NCBI GenBank assembly: GCA_964187785.1
Contig: OZ076409.1
Coordinates: forward strand, 89,468,001-89,532,000
Length of the DNA stretch: 64,000 nucleotides
Origin: Amphiscolops sp. MND2022
Lineage: Eukaryota
Direction: 5' to 3'
The translations under genes were made by a program, and so were the position numbers. This document shows positions 50,801 to 59,610 of the stretch, piece after piece. How positions within the stretch are numbered: position 1 is the first letter of the stretch; every line of letters begins with the position of its first letter. The notes beneath the pieces are model-generated. The model did no database searches, was not told where the DNA came from, and worked only from the letters and a program-made list of their open reading frames with translations.

Positions 50801-53800
50801 GAGCTATGAATTGTCACTAGTGGAGGCTGCATTGTAATCCTACAAAATGTTACCATGCAGGCTCCCGGAATTTTCCATGATTTGTAAAAAATGACATGCC
50901 ATCAGCTTTTTGGTGCCAAATTGTATATAGCTGCCATATATACCATATATACATTGGTGTGCTAAAAAATGCGACTCAGATGTGTAAATTGTCAAATTTT
51001 GTTGCCCTTATCCCAAAAAGTTTTCGGAAACGACATGTTCTCTGAAAGTAAAAGTTTCTTGGAATTGTATTGTGATTAAAAGAATTTCTGTTTCATTTTT
51101 CTTCAATTTTGTCATGCAGTAATTTTGGAAATTCTGTCTACCAACTTACCATGATCTTCGAGAGCCCCGCGGTACTTTAGCTAACTAACATACCACAAAG
51201 TATCAATGTCTCCATCTGATGAGAACCATTTCTAAACATTTAACAATGACTTTCACTAGTCCTCATATGCATAAGTTGACCTTTAAGGAACCATGGAAAA
51301 TAATGATTGATTTTAGCTGTGATTATAACACGTACAATGCGATGATTGCCATGACGCTATTGTAAGATCATAGCAAAAAACTTGACTTCCATTTAATCAG
51401 AAATTTCAAAGGCTTTTGCATTATTTTAGGTACCTATTGTCAGCCATCGCTTGTGAAAGAATACTTCCAATACCGTAGAAAACTTCGATGTTCTTAACAG
51501 TTGTTGGAGCAAAAATAACTTCACGGTGGGACAATTGCTGCACCAATACTGGTCCAAGAATATCTCCCCAGTTGGCCAATTTCGTCATTGGTTTGTACCA
51601 ATAATACATGTAGATAAACTTTTGGTCGAAAATTGTTCTCCCATGTAATAGAATATCTCGTTGTGTATGTGTGTAACGAACAATGCGATTCATCAGCAAA
51701 TGAAAGAGCACGTTTTTCGTTTGCAATGACTCCCAGTACTGCGGCCATTCGGATGAAAAATCATTCTGGAACATTTCAGTTTCATTCGGAGTGATTGTTT
51801 TGAGAAGTAAGATATTGCAAGACGTGTTGACAATATCATCGGACAGTTTCCCTTTGAACAATTGCACACATAATTCAAACGTGGGAAGTTTATGCCGAAT
51901 AGAGGATAATCTGAAACGTGATTTTAGGTAATTGATGGCGAACCCACGCATCAATGGTGCATCCATAATGTCGGAAGGAAACAACTTTGGACTTCCATGA
52001 AACTTCGAATCGTTTTTTTGCCAGCTAAAAAACCAAGAGCATCTAGTTTGTACATTTTTTCCGCGTTAATATAACATACAGCAGTCATTTGTCTTCAAGA
52101 TGTTTTTTAATTCAATCAAGTTCGAAAGCTTTATCTAGTCGGCGTATTTTGTAAGGGTTTCATTGAACAACCCTTCTTTGTTCCATTTTTCTCAAAAGAA
52201 TCATTATCCACAGTTCTGATTAACAAGTTGACATAATTGAGGTAAAAGATTTTAAATAATAGTTGAATACTCGCAAAAAGAATGTTGTAATATTGGATAT
52301 TTTTCAAAATAAGCCTGTGTTTTTTTTTACAAAATTGAATTCTTTGACATTACCACTTATCATGCTGGCATGACATCCAGTCTTGAATTCTGTTTGCGCA
52401 AACCAAAACGTCACAAAATATTCCGCAATTATCCAGAATTCCCAAATAGCCGAAATACTATACAGTCTAAAAGGAAAAATTGGTCTCAAGCAGCAGAATT
52501 ATTGATTATGCTGCAATCTGATTGGCTAAAATTTGAAATCGAAAACTAAGAAGTCGAAAACGCGTGTCAGATTTCGTCGGAATTATCATAAGAATATAGT
52601 CAACTACGTTCACACACCCCTAGTGTCCTAATTTCAGGAGCGAAGTGGAGCGACGTGCCACTACTAGTCCAGCGGCTGGTTTTGACTAGAGCCGACCTGG
52701 AGTGACGCGAAACGCCGCAGGAGGAGGAAGACCGAGTCATATTTTCGATACAGAATTCCCTTTACTGCATTTCAACGTTATATCAGCCATATAACGTTGA
52801 AATGCAGTAAAGCGAATTCTGTAGTTTGAGACCTTTTTTCTAAATTCGGCTGAATGAATACTACCAGAATGTTTTTGCCTGACCGATGAAATCCAATATT
52901 CAACATTCAATGATTTATTCTCACCGACAAAAATTCTGCTCTCAATGAATTTCACATAAAATAGACAGGAAGTGTGTCGAACGACAAAATTGATCTTCAG
53001 AAATAAAAGTTTCAAGTGAAATTTAATGCTGCAGAAATAATTCATTCGCATTTCTATCCTGAACTCCTGCTGTAATACAAAAAATATTTCACCGAAATTG
53101 AAATTCAGGCTTTTTTGCAGTTTTCGTCAAAAATCATGGCACTGATAGCATTTATCGAAAGCGTTTTTCAAGACTCCGTGTCAGCTTTAGCGTTCCCGAA
53201 ATCTTTTAGGTACCAGTTCTCTGAGCAGTAATGTTTCGCAACAATTTCCACAACAACAAAATAGCCACTATGTCTTATATCGAAATAAAATAGAAAATGC
53301 AGTTTTTTTCAATTTCTATTTTTGATATATTTGTTTGGAGAAACTCGTAAAAAGAAAACTCGTAAGTTAGATTCAGAGCTACCAGAGGACTATTCTCAAA
53401 CTGGTGTTGTTAGTTTTGTTTCACAAAAACATCCACCAAAACATCGCAATGTTGTCAAAATTGGTCAAAAGTTTCTTTTACTCCATGAATTCTAAAGGAA
53501 ATGTAATTTTAAAACATTTCTGAGAACACTTCTCTTATGAAGGCATTGTATCTACAGTGAGCAAATTTTCAATTTTCAGTTTTTCTGGAACGTTATGAAG
53601 CAAGGGACAGAACTTTTGTCGGTAAGTGTATCTCGAATTTTCAAATTTCCAGAAAATCATGTAAATGGCCACATGCAAAGTGTTATGCTTAGTTAAACAA
53701 TCTCTGAATTTTACTGTTTGACATTTAGGATGAACGTACTCACCTGCGTTCGGAAGAAAATGGCGAAAGCTGCTGTATTGCAGTGTTTGCCGGGTTGACT

Positions 53801-55665
53801 TGATGGGTCATCAATTTCCCACGATAGAAGAAGAACGGTGTAATTAAGACGATGAGTGGAAGTAATTTAACAACTCGTAAATTTCGAATTCGAAGACACC
53901 GTTTTCGCGATGATTTGCAAGTTGGGTTGAGTTTGAATAGAGTCTGTCCAGTAACGAGCACCATGACTCCCATAAATGTCGTTGGTGTCAAATCTGATTG
54001 ATTCATATTGGTGAAACTCATCGCGACAATGGTGAATGGTCGTTTCATGATGTTGAGAAGCGCATGTTGAACCACATTTTCTACATTTGATAGAACTGTG
54101 ATTGAGCAAAAATTGTATATTGCATGCGAGGCAGCTACTGTGATGAGGCTTTTGAGTATGCTAAAGTCGTGCAAGATCTCTACAATTTCATTGGTTCTCG
54201 ACATGCATAGTATTGACCAATGGGGAATAAGAAAAACGGCAGCGCATATGGATATTTTGCCCTGTCGCTCCAATGATGATGACTGTTGGTTTTGAGGGGA
54301 TAGTTTGAGAAAGACGTTTCTAGTGGCGAAAGAGACGTTGGATAGAAATGCCATGGAGAATGCGAACCAATTAAATTGCAGATCTTTGAAGGCAGAAACA
54401 CAGGCACCAGAGACTGCGAGCATCATGTAGAGAACTTGGTGGCTGGAGAGATAAGTGTGGAAGATGACAGCCGACAATCCAGCAGAGAAGACCGGCTCTA
54501 ACGCTTTCAGAATCTGGTTCACAACAAGGATGCCAGTCTTGGTACAATTTTTTGGAATGATCAAGTTTTAATTCGACATAATTGAAGAACGCGAAAATCT
54601 GTTAGTATTCAAAATTTTACTATTCAACTTCGTAGCAAAAACTTCATCGAAGTTATTACAGTTTAAGTTTTGCATGTTCTCTAGCCGTCGCCTATGCTTC
54701 CTTTTTATTAAGCATTTTTGGTTCAGACTAAGGTTGTTTGACTTTTAAAGTCACCACACTTCTTGAAAACAGAAGAAAAATGAGAGAGCCACCGAAATGA
54801 CAGTTGGTCACTAGCTAGTGATGAAAACGTTGGTTTCCCACCGAAGCAGGAATATGGGCTTCGATTCCCGCTAAGGTCCATTTTTGTTTACTTGAATGGG
54901 AAAGTCCTATGAAACCACATAACCCCTATGGTTTTTTGATGCTTTGCAGTTTTTGTCCGTTCTTTTCATTTCACTAAAGGGTTCATTCAAGTAATAACTT
55001 TTTGAGAGCATTTGAATTTCTTTCGACACTGAGATTTTCAAGATTTTACTTCAATACCGCACCTGATTTTCTTTAAAACATTTGGCCCTCTTTGAGCCAT
55101 AAGCGGTGCTATAGAAGTTCACATCTTGTTATTGTTAGACTATCGCAAAGGAACAAAATTCAGCAATCAAATCGTATTTCCGAGAAAATTCATTCTTCGC
55201 AGGAGATGCTTGTTTTTCTTTTCCGGAAAACTGACACTTCTCTGAGAAATATAAAATCTCTTCCCCGTTTTCTGAAAATCTCCTAAAGATAAATTTGTAG
55301 TTACAATGGCATCCCTGGTTTACTGAAATAGAAGTAGAAGCCAGAGACAGTAAAGCTCCCAAATTACCAAGTAGGTAGAAAAATCCCACCATAAAATCTT
55401 GTCTGTTGAGGTTCAAACCCTTGATGCTCTTTGATGATTCATTCAAGAAGAGACTGCAGAGGTAAGGAACGCACCCAGCTAAGTATTGGAGCAAGAGAAT
55501 CGTCACAATTGCAAATTCAAGACTCCAAAGTTTGGAAGCACAGACGAGCTTAGAGTAAAACACGTTAGTCGACGTAAAGAAGTACCAAAGTATTGCCAAA
55601 ATGATAATGAAATAACGATGATTTTTAAAACCATCAATTAACATGTTCGTTTTGCTGGACTCCAT
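23639..55665 (-). CDS. Host gene: TPT/SLC35E-family (PEP-translocator-like) transporter fused to polysaccharide pyruvyltransferase (ExoV-like); 5 exons, ~810 aa
   Basis: Exons 55665-~55315, 54513-53744, 52024-51434, 40279-39819 and 23898-23639 join in phase (0,2,2,1) with no stops. TPT motifs: NVFYSK, ILKALEPVFS, AFLSNVSFATRNVFLK, AIYN, NIMKRPFTI. Pyruvyltransferase motifs: NWGDILGP, GIGSIL, WGSG, SVRGPET, DPGLL, LIPHY, SSSLHGLIASHAYGIP, GGNFKYRDYY. The donor of intron 1 is ambiguous. Confidence 0.8.
24026..26140 (-). repeat. 3' LTR of the Gypsy element
   Basis: Direct repeat of 37562-39676. Only two differences seen by eye (24122/37658 and 26001/39537). Internal ~58-bp tandem duplication near 25343-25470. 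Confidence 0.97.
26046..26774 (-). CDS. Sense accessory ORF (242 aa, acidic, Ser/Pro-rich) in the env position, ending inside the 3' LTR
   Basis: AAAATG start. N-terminal LVIDISSDEEE resembles a SUMO-interacting motif. No signal peptide or TM segment, so not Env. Confidence 0.6.
   Translation of the reverse strand: MSNYELVIDISSDEEENEVRQSTPIKTLPLNGITVLNLSEASLEATKGSAEEMMDSINSLNLSGISASTFETIGSPRKINFGTTSPGEAFIVEGHSTETSEESYFEEPDTPRQLPPLQPAPVLRDVSNKELQYNGPPAKADKLDDLMEPAVEEIENAYGIELQSSRENSPLCGRGTRYTSTKLARARKQPVLITREIPHCPRPWSTGYRGALSRPAPGRDFTCCGGIPQFTRGKGHGRATQH
26775..27235. promoter_or_regulatory. Candidate internal bidirectional promoter between the two accessory genes
   Basis: 460 bp between divergent ATGs, with ATTGG (CCAAT) boxes at 26874 and 26944, TATAAA at 26958 and palindromic TGACGTCA at 27026-27033. 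Confidence 0.5.
27236..31150 (+). CDS. Antisense, 8-exon accessory gene of the Gypsy element (~1063 aa; BED-like zinc finger, degenerate hAT-transposase-like body)
   Basis: Exons 27236-27362, 27476-27802, 27879-27998, 28077-28184, 28279-28838, 28961-29581, 29658-29739 and 29904-31150. Seven GT-AG introns of 76-164 nt, all phase-consistent; 3192 nt with no internal stop. Motifs SPKKRK and FFCRMCKRDVAIRAHGVSEIIRHFGSVGH, plus a basic C-terminal tail. Confidence 0.82.
31324..36444 (-). CDS. pol: Pol polyprotein: aspartic protease, RT, RNase H, integrase (intact, 1706 aa)
   Basis: Protease ALVDSGA; RT LLVDLRKIN, KLDCSQAYH, YVDD; RNase H TDAS, KEFLA, TDN; integrase HHCC (LH...HPG...CPDC) and DDE (EVDIL, TDKGSQF, ILERTH). 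Confidence 0.97.
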   Translation of the reverse strand: MTECNEETTQDWQRRWNVGMILRHNARHPEDPTPLPQWITESPDNYATLKRPLPESKTERIYIYDKDYRCDPWDEPDIYDTNKLSFKIQVSNPQAQVTESTTLPTPLSPILKKTTQSSPTPVTTTYTPIDAENIICIEDKTIWSQQAKEQRGVADQTVSPPTTASEWPNQNNNQEDDEVTECPQQLPYDLNIIREFIQHDKDDDYIPLMSAITLKKKKRMLFIPLDFENTRIDALVDSGAYINVISERDADKIQTEANATIIAKAPPPPFKIQYANTELEKARATYTMQFKIGDYAFEETFIIMTKTSYPIIGLAFLRKHSAILDTAQGTIDFPKIQITLVLKDERQKCNPKPITIKTEEKHTIPAQATRIIHASITASNDHSITGTVQPLPQFDENAKLIVAPAITTARDKRVAIKIANTTDFPYTITPHTKLAELQILKPEETKSIRAVDIAALNLLTEHDDVIAYVNALMQVDSSEQTEEKFWFPTPENPGDESEHTPIQQRILRELRELQRLEELDPKQDEKSRTQFLSLFKWNDSLITGEDRENLESTLVEFNDIFARHRLDIGMNNQFKVSLTPKNNKPVYTQSLPVPINLKDDLTVELALMHKYGIITTLPFSKYASPIFAQRKPNGKLRLLVDLRKINALISDDYINNNHPISTLSDAAQHLAGKQLFCKLDCSQAYHCLQMADQRSVELLAFNFASRTFAYRRLAQGLSRALSAFSSFMREYLDTVIKADQCAQYVDDIGIAANTTEQLIKNIRAVFKCIRKAGLKLTIEKCHFGVTQIEFLGRTITPHGVAPQEHKITNFLSKIRFPRSKKQVQKYIGFINYYRNYIPRLSEKMIGMYELLKADAKITISEELVDNFKAINASLAEACGLALRQPVAGKQYVLMTDASFRASGYALMIEENDDKKLLSKRKTFAPVAFGSRVFSPSQLKMSIYCKEFLAIYHAFLEYSHILWETTLPTLVLTDNRSVTRFFQTKTTPPALWNACDYVLQFKFRIMHVAGSQNTAADFLSRLELTPKERIQLKLRDDIITAPIEVNLQSTDVADEEQLFFLPDEEEESEQEIFARKALSKQRAIDEKEQQNLTTEVTETVHIPLNSAVYAFGAIKENARIRNEQDADPILKALKLRLLHEEYDKHLLKTEPRGRNLLRHEERIIVKDGVLMRKYYGEDGTVTHHQILIPKHIVPELLSTLHGKMNKHPGITKMIQESRAKYYYPGLARKIRAWVINCPDCIANKRIDTRQIRPKMLSNTEFTFGPEDCLEVDILPNLPSSNGYKHIVTMMDVFSRYLFAYPTQDMTARIVGRCIIDVMTRHCYLPTVILTDKGSQFRSDVVNQIAQTLDIRISHASTKHAQTIGILERTHASLKTSLKISTGERRSMWHKYVQIAVMNYNTSYHESLGCEPTTVFHGRIPYNILDIKLGLKPEWKKDANEDLTDELQKQIAEIHQSAKDNLMQSYLKYKRYYDKKATATPLKINDYCYVLNPKADNQSMKFAFKDCIWTGPYIVVKVLSNNNYVVRRTGTRYTQTLHRIRLRLYAPNQRVPDVTVKVEEQLPDPEVKTTHDDWYAQAWETEFGEVLFGNTSERENEEANITELPAEDANTTEQETVITYADETSIAEQIPSGNETSLNLDVSDNPFIMTPPPMESPPIPPTLPPIVVGYNPRKAGRYNLRPNPKPNAHPDFRMLDAVTTEEIPQTQY
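36484..36540 (-). promoter_or_regulatory. -1 programmed ribosomal frameshift signal joining gag to pol
   Basis: Slippery heptamer A AAA AAC (36540-36534) lies right before the gag stop, followed by a GC-rich stem-loop (ACGCC...GGCGT). The -1 frame is open (LKTPRLRFGETVDARAYTIEDPPNRYEEDF) into the pol ATG at 36444. Confidence 0.85.
36531..37943 (-). CDS. gag: Gag (~470 codons), starting inside the 5' LTR; in-frame TAA at 37656-37658 in this copy; a second ATG at 37562 gives 343 aa
   Basis: ORFs 37656-37943 and 36531-37562 share a frame (381 nt apart), and the 3' LTR has GAA at the stop position. LPVFDG capsid-type motif; two zinc knuckles, CFHCGKQGHYKAQC and CETCGKLHKTENC. Confidence 0.9.
37549..37561 (-). 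promoter_or_regulatory. Primer binding site (TGGTGACAGGAGT), probably tRNA-Leu
   Basis: Starts with TGG directly after the LTR. Complementary to ...ACTCCTGTCACCA, one mismatch from the vertebrate tRNA-Leu end ...ACTCCTGACACCA. Confidence 0.75.
37562..39676 (-). repeat. 5' LTR of the Gypsy element
   Basis: Direct repeat of 24026-26140; immediately followed on the minus strand by the PBS. Confidence 0.97.
39819..40279 (-). CDS. Exon 4 of fusion gene: pyruvyltransferase core
   Basis: Acceptor ctcctcaacag|G, GC-type donor AG|gcaagc. WGSG, VRGPET, DPGLL, IPHY and SSSLHG motifs. Confidence 0.85.
40362..41304 (-). repeat. 3' LTR of the BEL/Pao element
   Basis: 943-bp direct repeat of 45579-46520 with scattered substitutions. 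Confidence 0.95.
45055..45410. repeat. Minisatellites (24-bp and ~22-bp units) in the BEL 5' region
   Basis: Repeated gtagcccaatctcccagagacaca and gcacaatcgcc(c)aga. Confidence 0.85.
45486..45576 (-). repeat. Tandem array of four PBS-like units (24-25 bp period)
   Basis: On +: gtccgggttgtctacca, gtccgggtcgtccacca, gtccgggtcggcggacca, gtccgggtcggaggacca. Confidence 0.85.
45579..46520 (-). repeat. 5' LTR of the BEL/Pao element
   Basis: 942-bp direct repeat of 40362-41304, followed by the PBS. Confidence 0.95.
48559..50073 (-). mobile_element. Solo LTR (1515 bp) carrying a frameshifted Gag-N-terminus-like ORF
   Basis: TG...CA ends flanked by ACTAG at 48554-48558 and 50074-50078. ORF MPSTRRQKAK...RLSQEMDSMMSMMH runs up to the LTR end. 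Confidence 0.8.
51434..52024 (-). CDS. Exon 3 of fusion gene: stem and N-terminus of the pyruvyltransferase domain
   Basis: Acceptor ttttttag|C, donor AG|gtacct, phase 2->2. YYWYKPMTKLANWGDILGPVLV and FYGIGSIL. Confidence 0.8.
53744..54513 (-). CDS. Exon 2 of fusion gene: rest of the TPT domain, basic linker and an extra TM anchor
   Basis: Acceptor aaccag|ATT, donor AG|gtgagt. Contains KALEP and KR motifs, then KSSRKRCLRIRNLR followed by VVKLLPLIVLITPFFFY. Confidence 0.85.
54525..55317. mobile_element. Old hAT-like TIR element that coincides with intron 1 of the host gene
   Basis: TIRs CAAGGATGCCA (54525-54535) and TGGCATCCCTG (55307-55317) match at 10/11; flanks gttcacaa / gtttactg match at 5/8. 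Confidence 0.55.
55315..55665 (-). CDS. Exon 1 of fusion gene: first TM helices of the TPT/SLC35E-like domain
   Basis: MESSK...FIIILAILWYFFTSTNVFYSKLV...LLSLASTSISVNQ; hydrophobic helices typical of the TPT N-terminus. The exact 3' end is uncertain (55315 or 55324). Confidence 0.75.
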
Positions 55666-56999
55666 GTTGAAAAGCTGGTCAACTGTCGAATGACATGGAA
55701 CTTCGGCGCATTCCTATTCCCCCAACTGCTAAAAAGCTCGTACATTCAAATTTTACTTCAAAGTAAATCGCAGTGATGTTCTTTTTAATTCTGTGAACCA
55801 CAATTAAAACAAAATGTCGCATTTTTACTGTGCAATGTTTGAAAAATGTTCCTTGACTTTTGTGAATTCTAATTCTCATAGAGAAAGAAACAATTGTTTA
55901 AGAATAACTTTCACACAGAAGCAGCAAACCTTTTGGTTTTTTTTCGGTTAAAACTTTTCAGCCAGGTCACCTGTAGACTAATTTTCCGAATAGGGAGTAG
56001 TTTTGCTGGTATAAATAATCATTTTAGGCGAACAGCGGGCCATGTGTTCAATCCCCCCCCCCAACTGTGCTTTCGTGTTGGGGGGGGGGGGGCGTGATTA
56101 GTCGGTATCCTAGGGCGCCGACTTAGAAAAGCAGAACTGCTTATTCGGCGTCCACCCCGCGGTAATGGGGAAATTAACTTCTCTTCTCTCTTCTCTATCC
56201 TGAATCACGGAAACAGGATTGACGATCGTAATAATAAATTGAACTTGTACTTTTTTTAAATGAAAAACCAATCATTTCACGTCGCGAGGTTTGAATATGG
56301 AAAAAGTGGGATTGCTAAAAGAATTCATTCGAAGCGCTACCAACCATTGGCATTTGATCAATGCATTTGGGAGTTATCCGGGAATTGATCACTTATTTCA
56401 ACATGATGACGATTTATCAATAGCCATTATTGTCAAACTGCCTTTAATATTTTTAGCTGATGTAGTTTGATGCTGTTGTGCGAAAAAGATGGTAAAATGT
56501 TCATGCACTGTGTTCAGTTACATTATTTTGAATGCATGAATGAACGTCGAAACGAATGGGTTTGGTTTTTTCACAATTTCAACTGGACACGTTAATCGCT
56601 TGGTTATGTTATCAGAAAAAATTTAAGTTTTTGGAAAAAATGTTCCACTTATGCACCTTTCAATGAAAATTTCAAATCTCTCAAAAATTGTCAATACGAT
56701 TTCTAGAAAATTTAACACACTCAAAGGTTCTCCTGCGACATCCAAATCGTGTGACTGGATCTGAGAACGATAAAAAATGACTAAAAAATGACCATTTTTG
56801 GACTTTTCAATTTCCTCAAAATCTGTTCATCCAATTGCAACGAATTTTTTTACAATTATTCTACACCATATTAGGGTCCTATGTGTAATGACATCAAAAT
56901 CGTATGCAACATAGCCAAAATTATTCCAAATGACCAAATGAGAATGAAGTACGTAATTTGTTTTTCCATAATTTGATTCGTTTCCGACTATTGAGCTAT

Positions 57000-58150
57000 T
57001 GCATTTTGGGTGTTTTGAACCCGAACAGTGTTTCATTCCAGATAGTAGCTTCGAAATGTGAACACTATTGCAAAAGAGGAAAGTATTCGTTGCGGCAAGG
57101 TTTTCGATTCATCTTCTGGGGGCAATGTACTCGGCAACAATCCTTTGTCGCGGCGAGCATCATGTTCAACTCACTGCTGAGCATTCAAAGGAGAGATGAG
57201 CCTCTCATTTATGAGGAAGTTGTGCATTCGGAGCCTTTTCGCCGCAGCCCAAAAGCTTGTGCAAGTATCAAGTCATCTGTGCATTTAGAGGACAATCTGG
57301 TGGGTGAACTGATACCATCACTGACAGGAAACAACAACAACGTAACAACTGATGGGATTTTATTCGCTCTTCGTGTTTCGTGTGAGAAATGGAGGCCTCG
57401 GCATAACTCTTTCCGAAGACAAAAAAAATAAACCCATATGGTCTAAATCTGTTTGTATAACGCCGATCCCTTGGTAACTGAAACCTCGCAACATGACGTT
57501 AAGCGCAATATCTAAGAAAAAGAAAGGGATCTTGACGGGAAAAGTGAAATAGGACATCAAGGAAAATCAGTTTTACACCCTGCAACTGGCGTCGGGGAAA
57601 GCGGCATCTAGTTGGATCAACGCCTTACCCCGCAACGGATACGGTTCTCGTTAACGAACACGGTGTTCCGCGACGTCTTGGAATTCGATATGGAAAGGAC
57701 CGAAAACGAGCCCATCATCATGTCCCAATTTCAGTCTCGAGCAGGCACTGCACTGTGCGAGAAGTTGATACCACCATTAGAAGTAACAAAATTTTCGACA
57801 CGTTTGCAAATCTAATGAAAGATGTTCGCTTTGACGTAGAACTGGAACCAAAGCTTCAGCAGTTAGAAGGCGATTTCTTCGATAACAGAACGCGGACCAC
57901 TGAAGACGAGGACATGCTGGATATCAAAGCAAATGGTAAATGAGAAACAAATTAACGTTTTTCGGTGTGAACACTTTCAATGCTCATGCAAGATCCTGAC
58001 CGAGAATGATCAAAGAAGCCTGTAAAAATTATAAAACTCAAAAACAGTTAAAGTACGAGCAACGAATTGCAGAAGTTCTCACTCAATCAACTCGTATTTG
58101 CCACCACAGGTGAAGCCGCACCGACTGCCTATAAGGTCATGATTCGGCTA
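57000..58150 (+). mobile_element. Relic of a CRE-like non-LTR retrotransposon (C-terminal zinc and restriction-like endonuclease region)
   Basis: Broken frames give AASSWINAL, SLTNTVFRD and IFDTFANLMKDVRFDVELEPKLQ...LDIKANG. Confidence 0.6.
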
Positions 58151-58323
58151 GTACTTAGGTTTTCAATTGTTTTCTATGGGATCGCTAGTAACACGGCAAA
58201 AAGGCCCTGCAACTTGCAGCGCATACGACACCCTCTTCAACTCTCTGATTTTTCCTTGTTTAAACACGGGCCCCTTTCGGATTTCTCTCAATGTGGAAAA
58301 TGAGTTTGTGTGCTCACGGTCCA

Positions 58324-58660
58324 TTTTTAGTCCGCGCTTCTCTTGAAAAGAGTCAACTAAAGTCATGGCTTTTCGTCAGTGTTTTTTTATACACCTGGAG
58401 TGGCCAAAATAGTTCTACCAAAAGTTCTACAAAATTTTAAATTGCCCCTGTTGGCCCCGGGAATTGGGCCAAAAAGGTTTTTCGCGTAACATACAATACC
58501 GGACGAGACCAAAGGGTTCCCCCTTTTAGTTTTTTTCGGCATTGCCAGAGTTTTTTATTTTTTTTTCGGGTGCTGTAGAAGAGAATACTTTGACACTTTG
58601 AACTCTTTTGCTTTTTTGAGCCTTAGAAATGGCGCCGACTTGGGCCGGTCCCGGCTTGTT
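58324..58660 (-). mobile_element. DINE-1/HINE-like element (related subfamily)
   Basis: Ends ...GGCGCCGACTTGGGCCGGTCCCGGCTTGTT; degenerate hairpin at the left end. Confidence 0.65.
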
Positions 58661-58713
58661 AAGATTATGTAAATAGTTGAAAAGAAAGAAATCTCTTGGA
58701 AAGACCATAGTAT

Positions 58714-59065
58714 AACAAGCCTGGAACGGCCCAAGTCGGCGCCATATCTAATGCTCAAAAATAGCAAAAGGAATTCAAAATGTCAAGTATTCTCTTCTAC
58801 AGTACCCGCATGAGGAAAAAATTGAAAAAAATCTATTTTTTTTCCAAATTTTTTTGGTCCCCGGTAAAACGCATAGCGTCGAAAAATGTAAAAGTGGACC
58901 TCAAAAAAAGCCTAATTACCCTCTATCTCAAGTGCCAGCAGAAGTAGTGTGACATTTAGTGTTAGTTCAAGTCAGCTTATAAAGCTTATAAAATCTGTCA
59001 CTTCGTTGGTCTAAAAAAGTCACTACTATAGTCTCCGTTTTTCTACGAAAAGCGCCGACTAAAAA
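58714..59065 (+). mobile_element. DINE-1/HINE-like element (related subfamily)
   Basis: AACAAGCCTGGAACGGCCCAAGTCGGCGCC ... AAAAGCGCCGACTAAAAA. Confidence 0.7.
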
Positions 59066-59474
59066 CGTGCCCTATCGGGACCAAATAATGGTTCATTTAT
59101 TTGGTACAGCACACCACTAGTTGAAGCAGTCTCTGCGCAGCGCTTCCGATTGTCTCAACAAGCGGTTAGAAAATGGCATATCCTCGCGAACCTGGGCATC
59201 AGGCTTGGTTCAAAAACAATTGTCAGATTGTGAAATCGGTGTTGACACGCCTCCATTGTGTTGCAAGAGCAACAACGCTGTTCCATATCAAAGAACATTG
59301 AAAAGACGCTTCAAATATTCTCAACAGCACCCTCTTAGTGCAGCTGTTGATGTCTCCAAGAGATGACTATTTGGGGGTTACACGTCAGAATATCCTAAGT
59401 CATAATAACAAATGTCATAATAGCCAATGCCAAAATATCCAACGTGACATAATAGCCAATGTTATAATGTCACT

Positions 59475-59610
59475 TTGGCTGTTTTGGTATTGGTCTATTT
59501 GGCATTGGCTATTTTGGCCTTGGCTGTTGTGGCATTGGTTATTTTGGCATATTGGATATTTTGGCATTGGCTATATTTGACCTTGGCTATTTTGACTTTG
59601 GTTATTTTGT
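59475..59610. repeat. 15-bp tandem repeat (ttggctattttggca)n, with inverted copies upstream
   Basis: About 9 imperfect copies; atagccaatgccaaaata at 59419-59440 is the inverse. Confidence 0.8.

Noticed and set aside
54810..54880. tRNA-like sequence (ttcgattcccg...cca)
   Set aside because: Only a B-box-like arm and no convincing cloverleaf; at most a SINE remnant.
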